Assembly: GCA_964247055.1 (NCBI GenBank)
Contig: OZ176055.1
Span: 2,542,001-2,606,000, forward strand
Length of the DNA: 64,000 bases
DNA from: Paragordius varius
Lineage: Eukaryota > Animalia > Nematomorpha
Reading direction: 5' to 3'
The translations under genes were made by a program, and so were the position numbers. The notes beneath the pieces were generated by a model. The model was not told the DNA's origin and did no database searches. It saw nothing but the letters and a program-made list of their open reading frames with translations. Shown piece after piece: positions 39,547 through 52,700 of the stretch (within the stretch, counting starts at the first letter, position 1; every line of letters starts with the position of its first letter).

Positions 39547-39669
39547 TGTACTTGAAGGTTTATATTAAAAAATAAAAATTCAGAACAAAATCTAATATTA
39601 AAGGAAAACATAGCTCCCTCAGTTTATACTTTTGAATCGGATACAAGTGAAGAGTCTTCAAGTATTTAT

Positions 39670-40575
39670 ATGTCCTTAACATCTATAAATATATTAAGAA
39701 GAAAAATAATTCTTGGGAATTCTACTGATAGAAATAAATCTGGTCGGCGTAATAAATTCAGAAATCCAGAAATAATAGATGCTGTCAAAAGATTAATAAA
39801 CAATGATTGTGAATTAACAATCGGTGAAATAATGGAACAAATACCAGACCATATTAAAGTATGCAGAGCAACTATTTACAAAATTCTCTCGGATTCAGAA
39901 ATTACTCGAAAGAGGTGTATTTTACAACCTCGGGAACGAAACACCCCAGAGAATATAGAAAAGCGTTATAATTATGCCAGATTGGTGAAAGATATTCCAC
40001 AGGAAAAAGTTTTTTTTATTGATGAGTCAGGCTTCAGTTTGAAACTTACAAATATATGGGGTAGAGCTCCAAAGGGCAAATCTCCTATTGTAGAGGGATT
40101 TAACAAAGGTAAAATTTGAATTTATTTTAGGAAAAAATGTTTCATTGATATGTATGATTGGTTGTCAGGGAGTTATTAATTACAGAACAAAAGAAGGCGC
40201 CTTTAGAGGCGATGATTTTCGAATTTTTTGACGGAATGTTTAACAAGAATTCCTGAAAGTTCAATAATAGTTTGCGATAATGCACCTATTCACAAAGCCG
40301 CGGTGTTAGGTGAGCTAAGGAATAAAATAGTTTATTTACCTCCATATTCGCCACAACTGAATCCCATTGAATGTTTTTTTCATGAGATTAAACATCAATA
40401 TGATAAAAAACCCCGGTGTAGTACCCCTCTAGAGCAACATAATAAAATTGCAAGACTTTGCGAAGAGAGAAGGGAAAAAAATCTAAAAAATTATTATAAT
40501 TTTTCTTCACATATTTTGTTGGAATGTATGCAAAGAAAACCCCTAGAAAATGAAAACAATTATAAATTTATTTAA
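39670..40575 (+). pseudogene. IS630/Tc1-type transposase with a 22-nt intron (40109-40130) and a 1-nt frameshift in the T6 run at 40224-40229
   Basis: HTH-like region (ELTIGEIMEQ..VCRATIYKIL..ITRKR), first Asp in FFIDESGF, second Asp in IVCDNAPIHK, Glu in YLPPYSPQLNPIE. After splicing it reads FNKGKNVSLICMIG..KEGAFRGDDFRIF, then needs one extra T to join LTECL. This could be decay or a homopolymer error. The frame is open upstream to 39556, so the true start may lie 5' of 39670. Confidence 0.85.
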
Positions 40576-41512
40576 ATATTATAATCAATAAATATTTTTA
40601 TCTTTTATATTATATTTTGGTTATGTGTGTTTAAACTTTATTAATAAAATTTTATAATTAATATTTTACAAAAGATAAAAATTACAATATGCGCATGTTG
40701 TGCATCAAGAATAATATTTTGCAATATCTTTTAATTATAAATTAAAAATTCTTACAATAAATAGGCTACTATTATTTTAAGGCTTAAAAATGCGCATGTT
40801 GAAAGTTGACATATCAAACATCAAAACAATTAAAAAAAAATTATAATCATTTAAATAAAAAAAAAAGACAATTCTATATAGACATGACTGTAATAGCTGT
40901 TCTAAGAAAATAGAATATTTGCAAAATTTTTACATAATTAAAAAATGCACCTTTAGTAGTTTTATTTTTAAATTGCCATGAGCATTTATCCTTATAAACT
41001 TCGATTCATATTTACTAGTGCCCCAGCCCATATAATTGATATAAAAACCACACAAAGGCACGGTTATAATTTTAATTTATGCCTCTTAATAAAAATAATT
41101 ATGAGCTAATGTCTCGAAAGTCCATACCAAAATACTTTAATACCATTTTTTGATATTTTTTTATAATATCGGGGTTTTTTAACGCTAAATTTTTATATCT
41201 CCAACAATTTTAACAGTTGTGGTTTATTTATGCATTATTTTAAGCAATGCACACATTTTATGTGGGCTAAATTGGTTTATCCATAAAATGAGTAATATTA
41301 AGTTTTTTCGATTAAATTGTTTATATTTTGATTCATAATGTATATAAGTGCAAACTCTTGCATCCATATTTTATAAAATATTTGATTTATTACTGGCATG
41401 ACACTATTATTATACCGATCTGAAACGAAAGATTGAAATAAATGTTGTGTCTTGCATACTTATCATATGTAATTGCAGGCATTAATTGTCATATGATTTG
41501 CACGCCGTTTTT

Positions 41513-44500
41513 ATGGCCCCATCATTATCTAAGTTTTTTACTTCTGGCTTAAATTCCTATGTTTTTTATATAAAACATTTGAAATCCTTAAACTATGTGT
41601 GTTTTTCACTTTCTAATACCGATGGATTTAATTCAGATCAGTTTAAGGATATCCCTTATTCTCAACTTAAGATAGGCGTTATCAAAGAAAGCCTGCACGG
41701 TGAAAAACGAGTGGCTATTACACCATCCTCAGCTAATTTATTTGCAAAAAAGAAAATCAATGTATTGGTTGAAAGTAATGCCGGGATTCTCTCCAAATTT
41801 ATGAATGAAGATTATATCAAAGGAAACGAGAATTTCGTACATATTTTGCCATCGGCTAACCAAGTCATTAAGGAATCTGACATTGTATTAAAAGTGAGAC
41901 CGCCTACAATAGAGGAAATTGATGTTTTTGGATCGCAAAAATGTTTAGTTAGTTTACTTTATCCCAATCAAAATGATACGATTGTCAAACTTTTACTGGA
42001 AAAGAATATTACCGCATTTGCTTTGGACTGTATTCCTCGTATTAGTAGGGCTCAAGAATATGATGTTTTAAGTTCCATGGCTAATATTTCTGGATACAAG
42101 GCTGTGATTGAGGCAGCTAATCACTTTGGACGCTTTTTCACAGGTTGGTTATCATTTATTTTAGATTGAGGTAAAATTTACCATAAACTTAACCTTGTTT
42201 TATTTATATTTTAATATAAATTGATAATAATATTATCATCAAAAAATCTAACATATGATCCATATTTTACCTGCAAATTTTGTTTTAATGTCCTCTGTCG
42301 ATATATACTAATCTAATTTGGTTGTATTATTTTAATTGGTTATTAATCATATATTGCAAAATCAGAGCAGGCTTTAGCTAACTATTATTTTATGTATGAA
42401 CGTTTTTCAATCAATAATTTACTTAAGGCGCATAATTAGGTTTTTATCAAAGTATTTTTGTGCAAATTTTCATTGGAAAGAATCTAATGGGTCTTCGATT
42501 TGCATTTTTCATATTTTTATGCTGTTAACACTTGGATGCAACACATTCATTTCTGTCCTTCGATCCAAATTGGGATGCATAGTAATACTGATTATTAAAA
42601 TAAAAATTATTTTACAACTTTTGATGATTTAAATTTGATGAAAAAGTGCGATGCTTTTTAATTCTTGTAAGTATTTCTTAAAATGTAAAATCTTTGATTA
42701 ATATTTTGCACATAGAGTTTTCTTTATATTATATATTAACTAATAAAATTTAGTTGACGGTCTATATTGGATTTAATTTTATTTGACCTAAGGCGACAAA
42801 AATGCGATCTTTTGATTTTGGCTTTTTAGCAGAAAAATTACACATTTTTCTAGTATTCTAACCGCATATATCATTTCGATATTCATTATCCTGAAGCCTT
42901 TGCCTATCGTTAACATTTATTTTTCCATCCCCATCTTGCACAGTGTAATAATTTAAATGATGATATTAAATATGCTAAAAAATAAATATTTAATAATTTA
43001 TATTTTAATTTAAATTCATAAAATGTTTGTTAAAATGAAGGACAGAAAAGATATATGCCATCTAAATATAATTAAACTCAGACTAACCTTGCTCAATATT
43101 TTTTATTTTAATTTTATACCGGGAAAAAATATGTTCATTACATACTTCCTACTTATGTCGCTAAATCTTTTAGAGTATATCTTACTCTTAAAAAATAACT
43201 GGATTCGTAAAAAATATATTTAAATAGTTTCATATATTTTATTTAATGGGTAAATTTTTGGTAAAAGAGCATTTATCACTTTAATATTATAATATATAAA
43301 ATAAAAAAAATGAAATATATTTCCCAAAAAACATTTATTTTAAGTGAATCCAAACAAATAATTTTTAATTTTGAATTATTTGTCGTTAGTAAAATTCTAT
43401 ATATAAAATATAATGTAAAATATATTAGCCTTTATTCAAAAATATTAATTTTTGCATTATAAAGTGACCACTCCTGTAAAAAATTCGACATTCGAATAGT
43501 TATTATATCTTTGGTTCATATTTACATATTATTCCTTATTACTTTAAAAACTCTTGATTGAAATGTGATCGATGAAAGCGACAAAAATATAAAACGCCCA
43601 AATTAAATATAGAATAACCAAATCACGAAACGATTTAAGAATCGTTTTTAAGGGTGTACCGTTATTTAACGATGAGACATAAATAAATATTAAAATGGTC
43701 TAACTTAAGATAAAGACAAAACATATCTTTTGTACGACAACCATAATTTTTAAACCTTTTATTCTTTATACAACTTTTCGTTTTCGGTTTTAAAAATAGA
43801 GATGTAACTTATTAATACACTTTATTTACCTAATAGTATAGTTTAAAATGATAGAGTATGCACATTTATGCTGGCTTATTCACAGTATTGGTGGCCAATT
43901 GGCAACACAGTAGTGTATGGGTAAAAACAACAAAATATTGAAATTAAACAATATTATCCATTTGTTTATTTAATTATGGACGAAATTTGTTTTATAACAC
44001 ACGCTAATGTGTATTACGAATTGGCCAACAATAATGTGAATGGGCCAGCATAAATGTGTATATTGTAAATCTATTTTTCGAAAAAACAGTACTTTTTTTA
44101 CTTGTTTTGTCATTATTTCAATTTTAATATTTTTTTGCTGCAATTCATGCAATAAACCCAATTTAAAAAAAAAATTATTAATATTTTGCAGTAAAAATTG
44201 AAATTATGCGAGAACAAAAGGTAAAAATATAAAAAATTTCAAAAAACGAAACCACACTCCTTGATTTTATTTCCATCAATAATAACAATCGTAATACATG
44301 TATATTACCAATATACATCCCTATTTTAAACTTTGAAAAAAATATGGTTGTCTTTTAGAAAAAAATAATTGTCTTTATATTTTTACGTTTTGTTCTTTAT
44401 TATTTTATTCTATTCATATATTTTAGGTCAAATAACAGCTGCCGGTAAAATTCCACCAGCTAAAGTTTTGATTGTTGGAGCGGGTGTAGCGGGTTTGTCC

Positions 44501-47500
44501 GCAATAGCGACCGCTAAAAATATGGGTGCTATCGTTCGGGCTTTTGATACCAGGCCTGCGGCCCGCGAACAGGTCCAGAGTTTGGGTGCCCAATTTTTGG
44601 AGATAAAACTTAAACCTGGATCATCCAAAGTATATACTTTTTAAAAATTATAAATTTGTTGAATTTTCCTTAAATTGAAATCGAGCAAGCACTCTTTATA
44701 AGCCATATCTGTAGTTTAAATGGCTCAAAGAGTATGAAATTTACATATCAGTAGCCATGTATGAGATTTTTCGTTTTATAATTTACATATTTATAGTATG
44801 CTCATTTATGCTGGTCTAATCACATTATAAATGTTGCCCCAACCGGTAATACAGTAACGTGTGCTATAAAATAAAACTTGTCCATAATTAAGTAAAACAA
44901 AAGGAAAAAATTGTTTATTTTTAACATTTTGTTATTTTCACCCATATACTCATGTGTTGCCAAGTGGTCAATAAATATGTGCACACTGTTATATTTTGAA
45001 TTATTGTAAAATTTATAAAATTCAATTATATATCACAAATGATGTTGAATATGTGTTTAATAGTGTTTAAAACAAAAAGACTTAATTTTTGGAGGTATTT
45101 TGAGAATTTCGTATAATTTATTCTAGTATTGAATTATAAAGTATGATTAAGTTTATACTAGAAAGTTATTAATTACTGATAACAGCATATGCAGCAAAAA
45201 GAATTATTATTGGCTAATAATAGTAAAAAGTGAAAAAAAACTATAAGCCAATAATACTGCCCTTTGTTGTATCTGCTCTTTGGCAATAATTAATTACTTC
45301 CTAACCTCATACTGTTAGTGCTGTTAAACATAAAAATCCATATGGGAAACAAAGATTTATTATTATATTGTATGTTAACGTAACTTTAAAAATGTTAATT
45401 ATTTAAAAAATAACTTGCTAATAGTACATATTTAATTTTTCATTCATTTGATATAAAAAAACAATATATCTCTTTATAAGGGCTTCTTATTCAATTTGAA
45501 TAATTATTAATAAATTTTAAGCAATAATTTTCCAAATTCCGATAATAATGACCAGTAATGTTATGTTAAAAACTATATCTTTATTGCTAAAAATCAATTC
45601 AAAAATAGTGTTTTAATCAAATATTCAACATGTTATTTATTAAAATTTCATTCCATTTATAATTATTTTAATGATAATAATTTTTGGATTTAGAATAATA
45701 CAACAGAATCTGGGGAAACCGCTGGTGGGTATGCCAAAGAAATGTCACCAGAATTTTTGAAAGCAGAAAAAGAGCTGTTTTTTGAACAGTGTCGCGATAT
45801 AGATATATTAATCACTACGGCTCAAATATTTGGGAAAAAAGCACCATTACTTTTTTCTAAAGTATGGCAGTATTTTATCAAAATATAAAGTTTTTTTATG
45901 TAATAAAAATGTAATATAGGTATATAGTTGTAGGTTAATGAAAACTTTATGACTGTTTTTATATTTTTTAATGATGCTTTGTTTTTTATTTAGGTAATAA
46001 ATTAATTTTTAATAGTTTGGACATGACCTTTTTTTAAACATTTAAATATTTAAATCAGATATATAATTATCTTATATTATTTTGGTTATATCTTTATACT
46101 TAAAAAATTGAAAACTGTGCACATTAAATCTTGACTTTATTTGATAGATAAACACTTTATTAATTTTTCACTTTTTTTTCATATTCATTGTTATCAAAAT
46201 CATGGTTTAAAAAGTAAGTAAGCTTTAAAAAATATTTTTCATACCAAAATTAAGAGAATTACGCATTATATCATGTGTAATTGAATCGAGCTTGCGTGAA
46301 TACGTATTAAATAAAATTAATTTATATCCCTTAGTTTTTACATCCATGTTTTTACATGTAATTTTTTTGTTTTGAACATAAATAGGAAATGATTGAGGGT
46401 ATGAAACCAGGTAGTGTGGTCGTTGATTTAGCCGCGGAAACTGGTGGGAATGTCGAGCTGACAAAAGCTGGTGACACTTTTATTACACCCCAAGGTGTAA
46501 CCATAATTGGGCAAACGGATTTCCCTTCACGGCTAGCTACGCAAGCTTCAACCCTGTTTGCAAACAATGTAGCTAAATATTTGCTCTCTATGAGTATGGT
46601 TTTTGGTTTTTGAAAAGCTTTTTTTGGATGTTTTTAATAATTAATTAGTTGTTTTTAGACTTGATTAGTTTAAAACAGAGGTGTCCAACACGCTTTGTTC
46701 GGTACACAAAAGTGATGCTCAGAAAATGTTAAAAAAATAAAAAATTTATTTGCAATCAAAAATTTACGATTATTTAGAAAATTATCATCCAGTGGGCTCA
46801 AAGAAAAATATAATAAGACATTTATGTTGGAAACCTCTGGTGTTAAATATATGGTTAGGTTATATTATAAAAGATTTATTACTCCACAATGCGTTGGGGA
46901 AATAAGTTATGAGCTTTTGGTTTTATAATTAAGCGATTTACACAATATAATGAGCTTTTTTAGAAATTATTCAAAATATGAGACTTTTTTTAAAAAAAAT
47001 GAGTCATTATTACCTTAACTTTTGTATACTAATTGGTTTTTTTTGTTTATAATGCATTTTTTATGGCATAAATAAGTTTTTAGATTTTAAGGATATGTAT
47101 TAAACATAATTTTCTTACTGGGTAGTGCTATTTTTTGGTTTTCTAACTTATTATATTCGATATGACCTGAATCGTTTTATTAAAATATAGGATGGGTGCA
47201 TAAAACAATTTCGTAAATATTTTTGAGGGGATATAGCTATCGTTCATTAAATTAGATAAAGAATTGTTTTGTAATACTCAAAATATTTTTATAAGCCATA
47301 AATCCTTATTACATAAAACATTATGAATATACCCTTTACAATTCTAACCCTTATTCAAATTCACCCTTGAACAATTCTAATTCACCTTAAAAATAAATTT
47401 GTGTTTTCAGGCTAATATAATTCATTATTAATATAAAATATATCTTAATGGCATAGTTTATTATTTTTTCAGTATTATTTTAATTTTAAACAAATTTTCT

Positions 47501-49749
47501 TTTTAAAAAAATATAAATAATTTTTAATCTTAAAACACTTAATTTATTTTAGGGTGAATTTGAACTGTAAATGGTATATTTAAAAGTTCTCAGTTATGGA
47601 CCAATTTTTATATAACAGCCAATATAATATTTTTAATTGATAAAATCGGTTTTTTTGTTTTTGTTTTAAACCCAATACCTAATGTTTAGATCGAAACGGT
47701 GACACATTTCACATTGATTTGAGTGATGTCGTGGTCCGAGGTAGTTTAATAACACATAATGGGGTATTGTTCTACCCACCTCCTCCTTTACAAGTTTCTG
47801 TTGGTACTCAAACTACCCCCTTGAGTGAAACCACAGTAGACAAAGGTAAATATTTAAAATGGAATTCAACGGTTATTCTCTTATGTATTCTTTTATAAAA
47901 TAAATTTATTAATTTGTTTGGTTTTTTAATTAAATTATATCACATTTGCTTTCAAAACATATTTTTTGCCCAATCGAAGTTTCGAAGCAGTTTAATTATT
48001 ATTTTATTGTATATCAAAATTATAAAATTAAAGTCCTTTTTTATTTTTGGTAAAATAATTTGATATTAGTTAATATATTTGCATTTGAATCATATAATTT
48101 ACTCATTCGCAATCCAGATTATTATTATATCGAGTCGATGGAGAATAATATTTTTTTTACTTTATTTTTTGTATTTAAATTGGAGCACTATTTTATTTTC
48201 TAACCATTATTTTACTCGTTTTTTTACAATAATTATTTTTGATAGACGCTTTTTTTATTTAATCTATTCTGACAAATAACTTCCAAAACAATTATCAGGT
48301 GGTTCCAGTCCTTTGAATGCTTCTTCTGGTACGGCTTTACTTAATAAAGCTAAAGAAAGAGCCCTGAGTCCATTTCAAGCAACTATGCGAAATGTCATTC
48401 TATACACTGGAGGTTTAATTATATTAGTATTTTTGGATACTATTTCATTTTTTGAAAAGTTTTATATGATATGCAGTCAGTATCCTTTATTTTATCAAAA
48501 ATTTATTTTCTGTTAAATGGGTGCAAATATTTGTTAAAGAATGGAAAAACAAGAGTTCTATGGGATTAACAATATCATATTTATCAAAAAAGTATGAGAA
48601 TTACCAGAGACCTCTTGTTTTTTTCATCCTTTACCAAATATTTATACCCATTTAACAAAAAAAATAAATTTTTGATAAAAGGATACATGACTGTTGAAAT
48701 TTTTATTATAAGCAATTTGTTGTTGAATAATCAAATTCTTTAAATTAATTATTAAGGATTGTTTGAAACAGTATAAAAATAAAAGCCATTTCCTGGCTTT
48801 TTATTTTTATTCCATACATGCATATGTGACATCCATAAAGCAAGGTTTTAAAATTCATTTAATTTAATTAAGGGAATTAATTAATTTGTTAAATATACTC
48901 TAAATGTATATTTAATTCTATATAAATATAACTAATTAAATTAGCAAATTGTTTGTCATAATTTATTTTTATAATTTAATATTTGTATATCATATATACA
49001 TATATTTTTAGGCTTGGGGTCTATGGTAGGTTTAGGAGCTGTATCCCCTGGCCCAGCATTTAATACAATGTGTACTACGTTTGCTTTGTCCACCATTGCA
49101 GGTTTACTATATATAATTTAAATAAAATTTTGATTTTTTTTAAATTTTAAATGATTATTTTTTAATTTATATGAGATGATTTTCAAAAAGACAATATCTT
49201 TATATTTTTGTGGAGTCAATTTTAAAAAAACGCAGGTCACACTTTTAATTTTTAATTATGAAAAAAATAATCTCATATAACATATACAAAAAAACTATTT
49301 ATCTATTTCATAGATTGCGTAAAAAATATAAAAAATTAACTTTTACACTTTTTAATCAAATCATGGTGGTAGGTTATCACACAGTGTGGGGCGTCAAACC
49401 AGCCCTACATTCTCCCCTCATGTCTGTAACGAATGCCATCTCAGGACTTACAGCTATTGGTGCGTTACTTATGTTAAATACGCCCAATCATTATTTCAAT
49501 GGAAACTCTAATATTAACACTGCATCGCCGCCCACAATTAGTGGAGGTTTTTACTTTAATTTTTGTGTAAAAGTTTGGATATCTAAAATTTTATGTTTTG
49601 CAATGATTTTTATTTTTTTGGGGGAACTGGAATTAAAATCATTTCTGTGTCCTGTAGTTTTCCGTATTTTATTTAATATTATAATGGTTAATCGTTTTGT
49701 TTTTCGTTTTAATTCTATAGATATGCTCAAATATTTTGATACTATACAT

Positions 49750-49797
<48 letters not shown>

Positions 49798-52700
49798 ATA
49801 TAAACAGCAAAATTTTATTTTGTTGAATATAATTAAAATATATTAAAAAAATATTCTTTTTAAATAATATAACAAGCATTATAAACGTGAGTTTTACCCA
49901 TAAGAGTAAAAAATAAAGCAATAAAAATATTATATTTTTATGGCAAATTTTGCCCGTTTTTTTAAAACTTTAATGTTTTGGTATCCACAAAATTGTGTTA
50001 ATTATTTAGCAATTTTTTTGATAAATTTAATATAAATTATAGCCTTACATTTAATCTGTTTGTTTAGGTTTTTTGCAACAGTTTTGGGCAGATTTAGCAT
50101 CCCTAAGTACGACGCAACATTTAGCCAGCGCGGCCATTTTGTTGTCTGCTATAAACATTGGAGGGGGCTTTCTTATAACGCAACGCATGTTGGATATGTT
50201 TAAGCGACCAAGTATTATATTACTTATATATAAACATAAATTTTTTTTTAAATTTAACCTATAATTTTAACCCAATCAAAAAAATTTGTATTTTTGTGTG
50301 CAATCTTATTCTTATTATATAAATATTCCATATTTACAAATTTTATATTTACACAGTAAAAATTGTAAATATACGGGACAAAACGTAAAAATATAAGGAC
50401 AAATATAAAATGCAAACAAAAATCTTAATTTTTCCTATATAAACTATCTAAAAATTGTACAATATGTAATTGATTGTGACACTAATATTCATCTCTTCTC
50501 CATACTTTGCAATTTCAAACTAGAGTTTCCGTTAAATAAATCAAGATTTTAAAAGTATATGATTGTTTTTTTACAAAAAATAATCTATCTATATATTTTT
50601 AATTAATTTAAAAATTTTACATTTTTTATATAAAAATATTTTACATATATTTAGCCGATCCCCCGGAATATAATTATTTATATTTGATTCCTACCACTGT
50701 TTTTCTAAGTTCATATCTAACAGCATATTACCATTATCATCTGCCTAACGTTAAAGAGATCGGAGAATTGGGTATTATGATAAAAATTAAAATATCATTA
50801 ATTCATTTTCATAAATTGGTTAAATTTATTTTCGATATTAAATCTAAAACATTTAAGCAAGTGTATAACATTTAAAAATTGGTTATGTTTCAAATAATAT
50901 AATATTCAAGGATTCAACTAAAACTGAGAAAAAAAGAATTTTGAAAGATTGAAACGGGTCTTAATATACTATATATCAGATTAGCTCATTCTGTTTAAAA
51001 TATACTAAAAAACGCCAATAGCTTTAAACGTATATTTAATTCCATAGCCTCATATGAAAATAAACAAAAGTAAAAACTCAAAGTTTAATATTTTAGATAC
51101 AACAGTGACCCTTAAATTATTTAATAATTATTATTTGGGATGTAATACAGATGTAAATTGGTTATTTTAATTAATTGAAACGGTAAACCTAAAAATCATA
51201 TATGTCAAGGTTTTTAAAAGATGATATTCTTATAGTTTTTACATTTTGTTTTAATTAATTTTTATCAATTCCTTATTTGTGTTTAGCTTCTGCCATGTGT
51301 TGTTTGGGTTCTTTAGCTGGTCTCGCTTCCCAGAAAACGTGTCGAATAGGGAATGCCCTAGGTTTAACTGGTGTTTTAGGCGGCTTAACTATAACCCTTT
51401 CAACATTTCACCCAATTAATCAATTGAATGGAAGTAGCTCTAACGCAATTAGTACCACTCTAAATGAAAATTTATTAAGGTTTGTATTGCATTTTTTAAA
51501 ATGCCATTTTTTTGCAAATAACTAATATTTAAATGATAATTTAGCTCAATATTAATCATTATTTGTCGCCATTTTGCTAAAGTGTTTTTTAATTTAGAAT
51601 ATTCTATTAATAATAAGTTAACATCGAATTTTTATTTCGCAAAAATTTATGTTTTAAGCTCTAAAAAACGAACTTTTAAATAATTTTTTATTTTAATCAT
51701 AATTGTCTCATAAAAGTTATTTTTAAACACCTATTGGTCATTTTAATAAGAGCTCAAACGCATTCAGTACCGCTTTAATTGATAATTTACTTTTTTACTT
51801 TAGAATAACTATATATATAATTTTTAAAGGCAAAATACGAATTTTTTATTAATTTTAGATTTTTTAATCATGATTGTCGCATAACCCTTTTAATATTTCA
51901 CACAATTAATCAATTAAATAACGCAATCAGTACCACTCTTAATGATAATATACCAAAGTTAAGCATCATTGATTAATAATGAGTAAAAATCCAATTTTTA
52001 TCTAAAAAAAACTATTTTTTTATTAATAGAAATATGTAAATCAAGAAATTACAATATATGTATAGATATAAGAATTTTTTTTATTTTTAACTTTTAATCT
52101 ATAAAAACAAAACATTTAATTAGTAAATCAATTATGTGGTTGTTTTGTTTTTTACTTTGTTTTACTGAATATATATGACTTTTTATTGTAAACCTCACAA
52201 TCATTGTAAAATAGAGAAAATGTCTTCTAATACAGATTATATATAAATTGGATATTTATGATAAAAATATTTATTAGATTTTCCATTAAATATATAATTC
52301 CGAATAGGTTATGATTTTTAAATTACAAAGTCACTTTTTTTGTATACGCCTAATAGATTACATGACGTGATGTTATCAAATCCGGCCATGTCTCAAGCCC
52401 TAATGTTACTAACTAGTGGAACTCTCTTGGGTTCAGTTATAGCGAAACGAATTCCCATAACTGATTTACCTCAATTAGTTGCCCTTTTCCATTCGTTTGT
52501 GGGTTTAGCTGCTGTGCTAACGTGTCTTTCAGATTTTTATCACTTACATAGGTAGGCGGCAACTTTAGTTTTTTTGACATTTTGAGAAAAGGTGTAATGT
52601 AATTTGGTTTAATTTTGAGGTGAAAATTAAAAAAATTTGTGGGTTAATTATATATTTTTATCATTTACATACTTAAGTAAGTAGATTTTTTATTAGAGGG

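Larger units (their letters stand above)
39137..40890 (+). mobile_element. IS630/Tc1/mariner DNA transposon, 1754 bp, ~190-210 bp TIRs, TA target duplication
   Basis: TA|CAGTCATGTCTATATAGAATTGTC at 39135 and GACAATTCTATATAGACATGACTG|TA at 40892. The TIRs are near-perfect for ~190 bp and enclose a DDE transposase. Confidence 0.95.
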
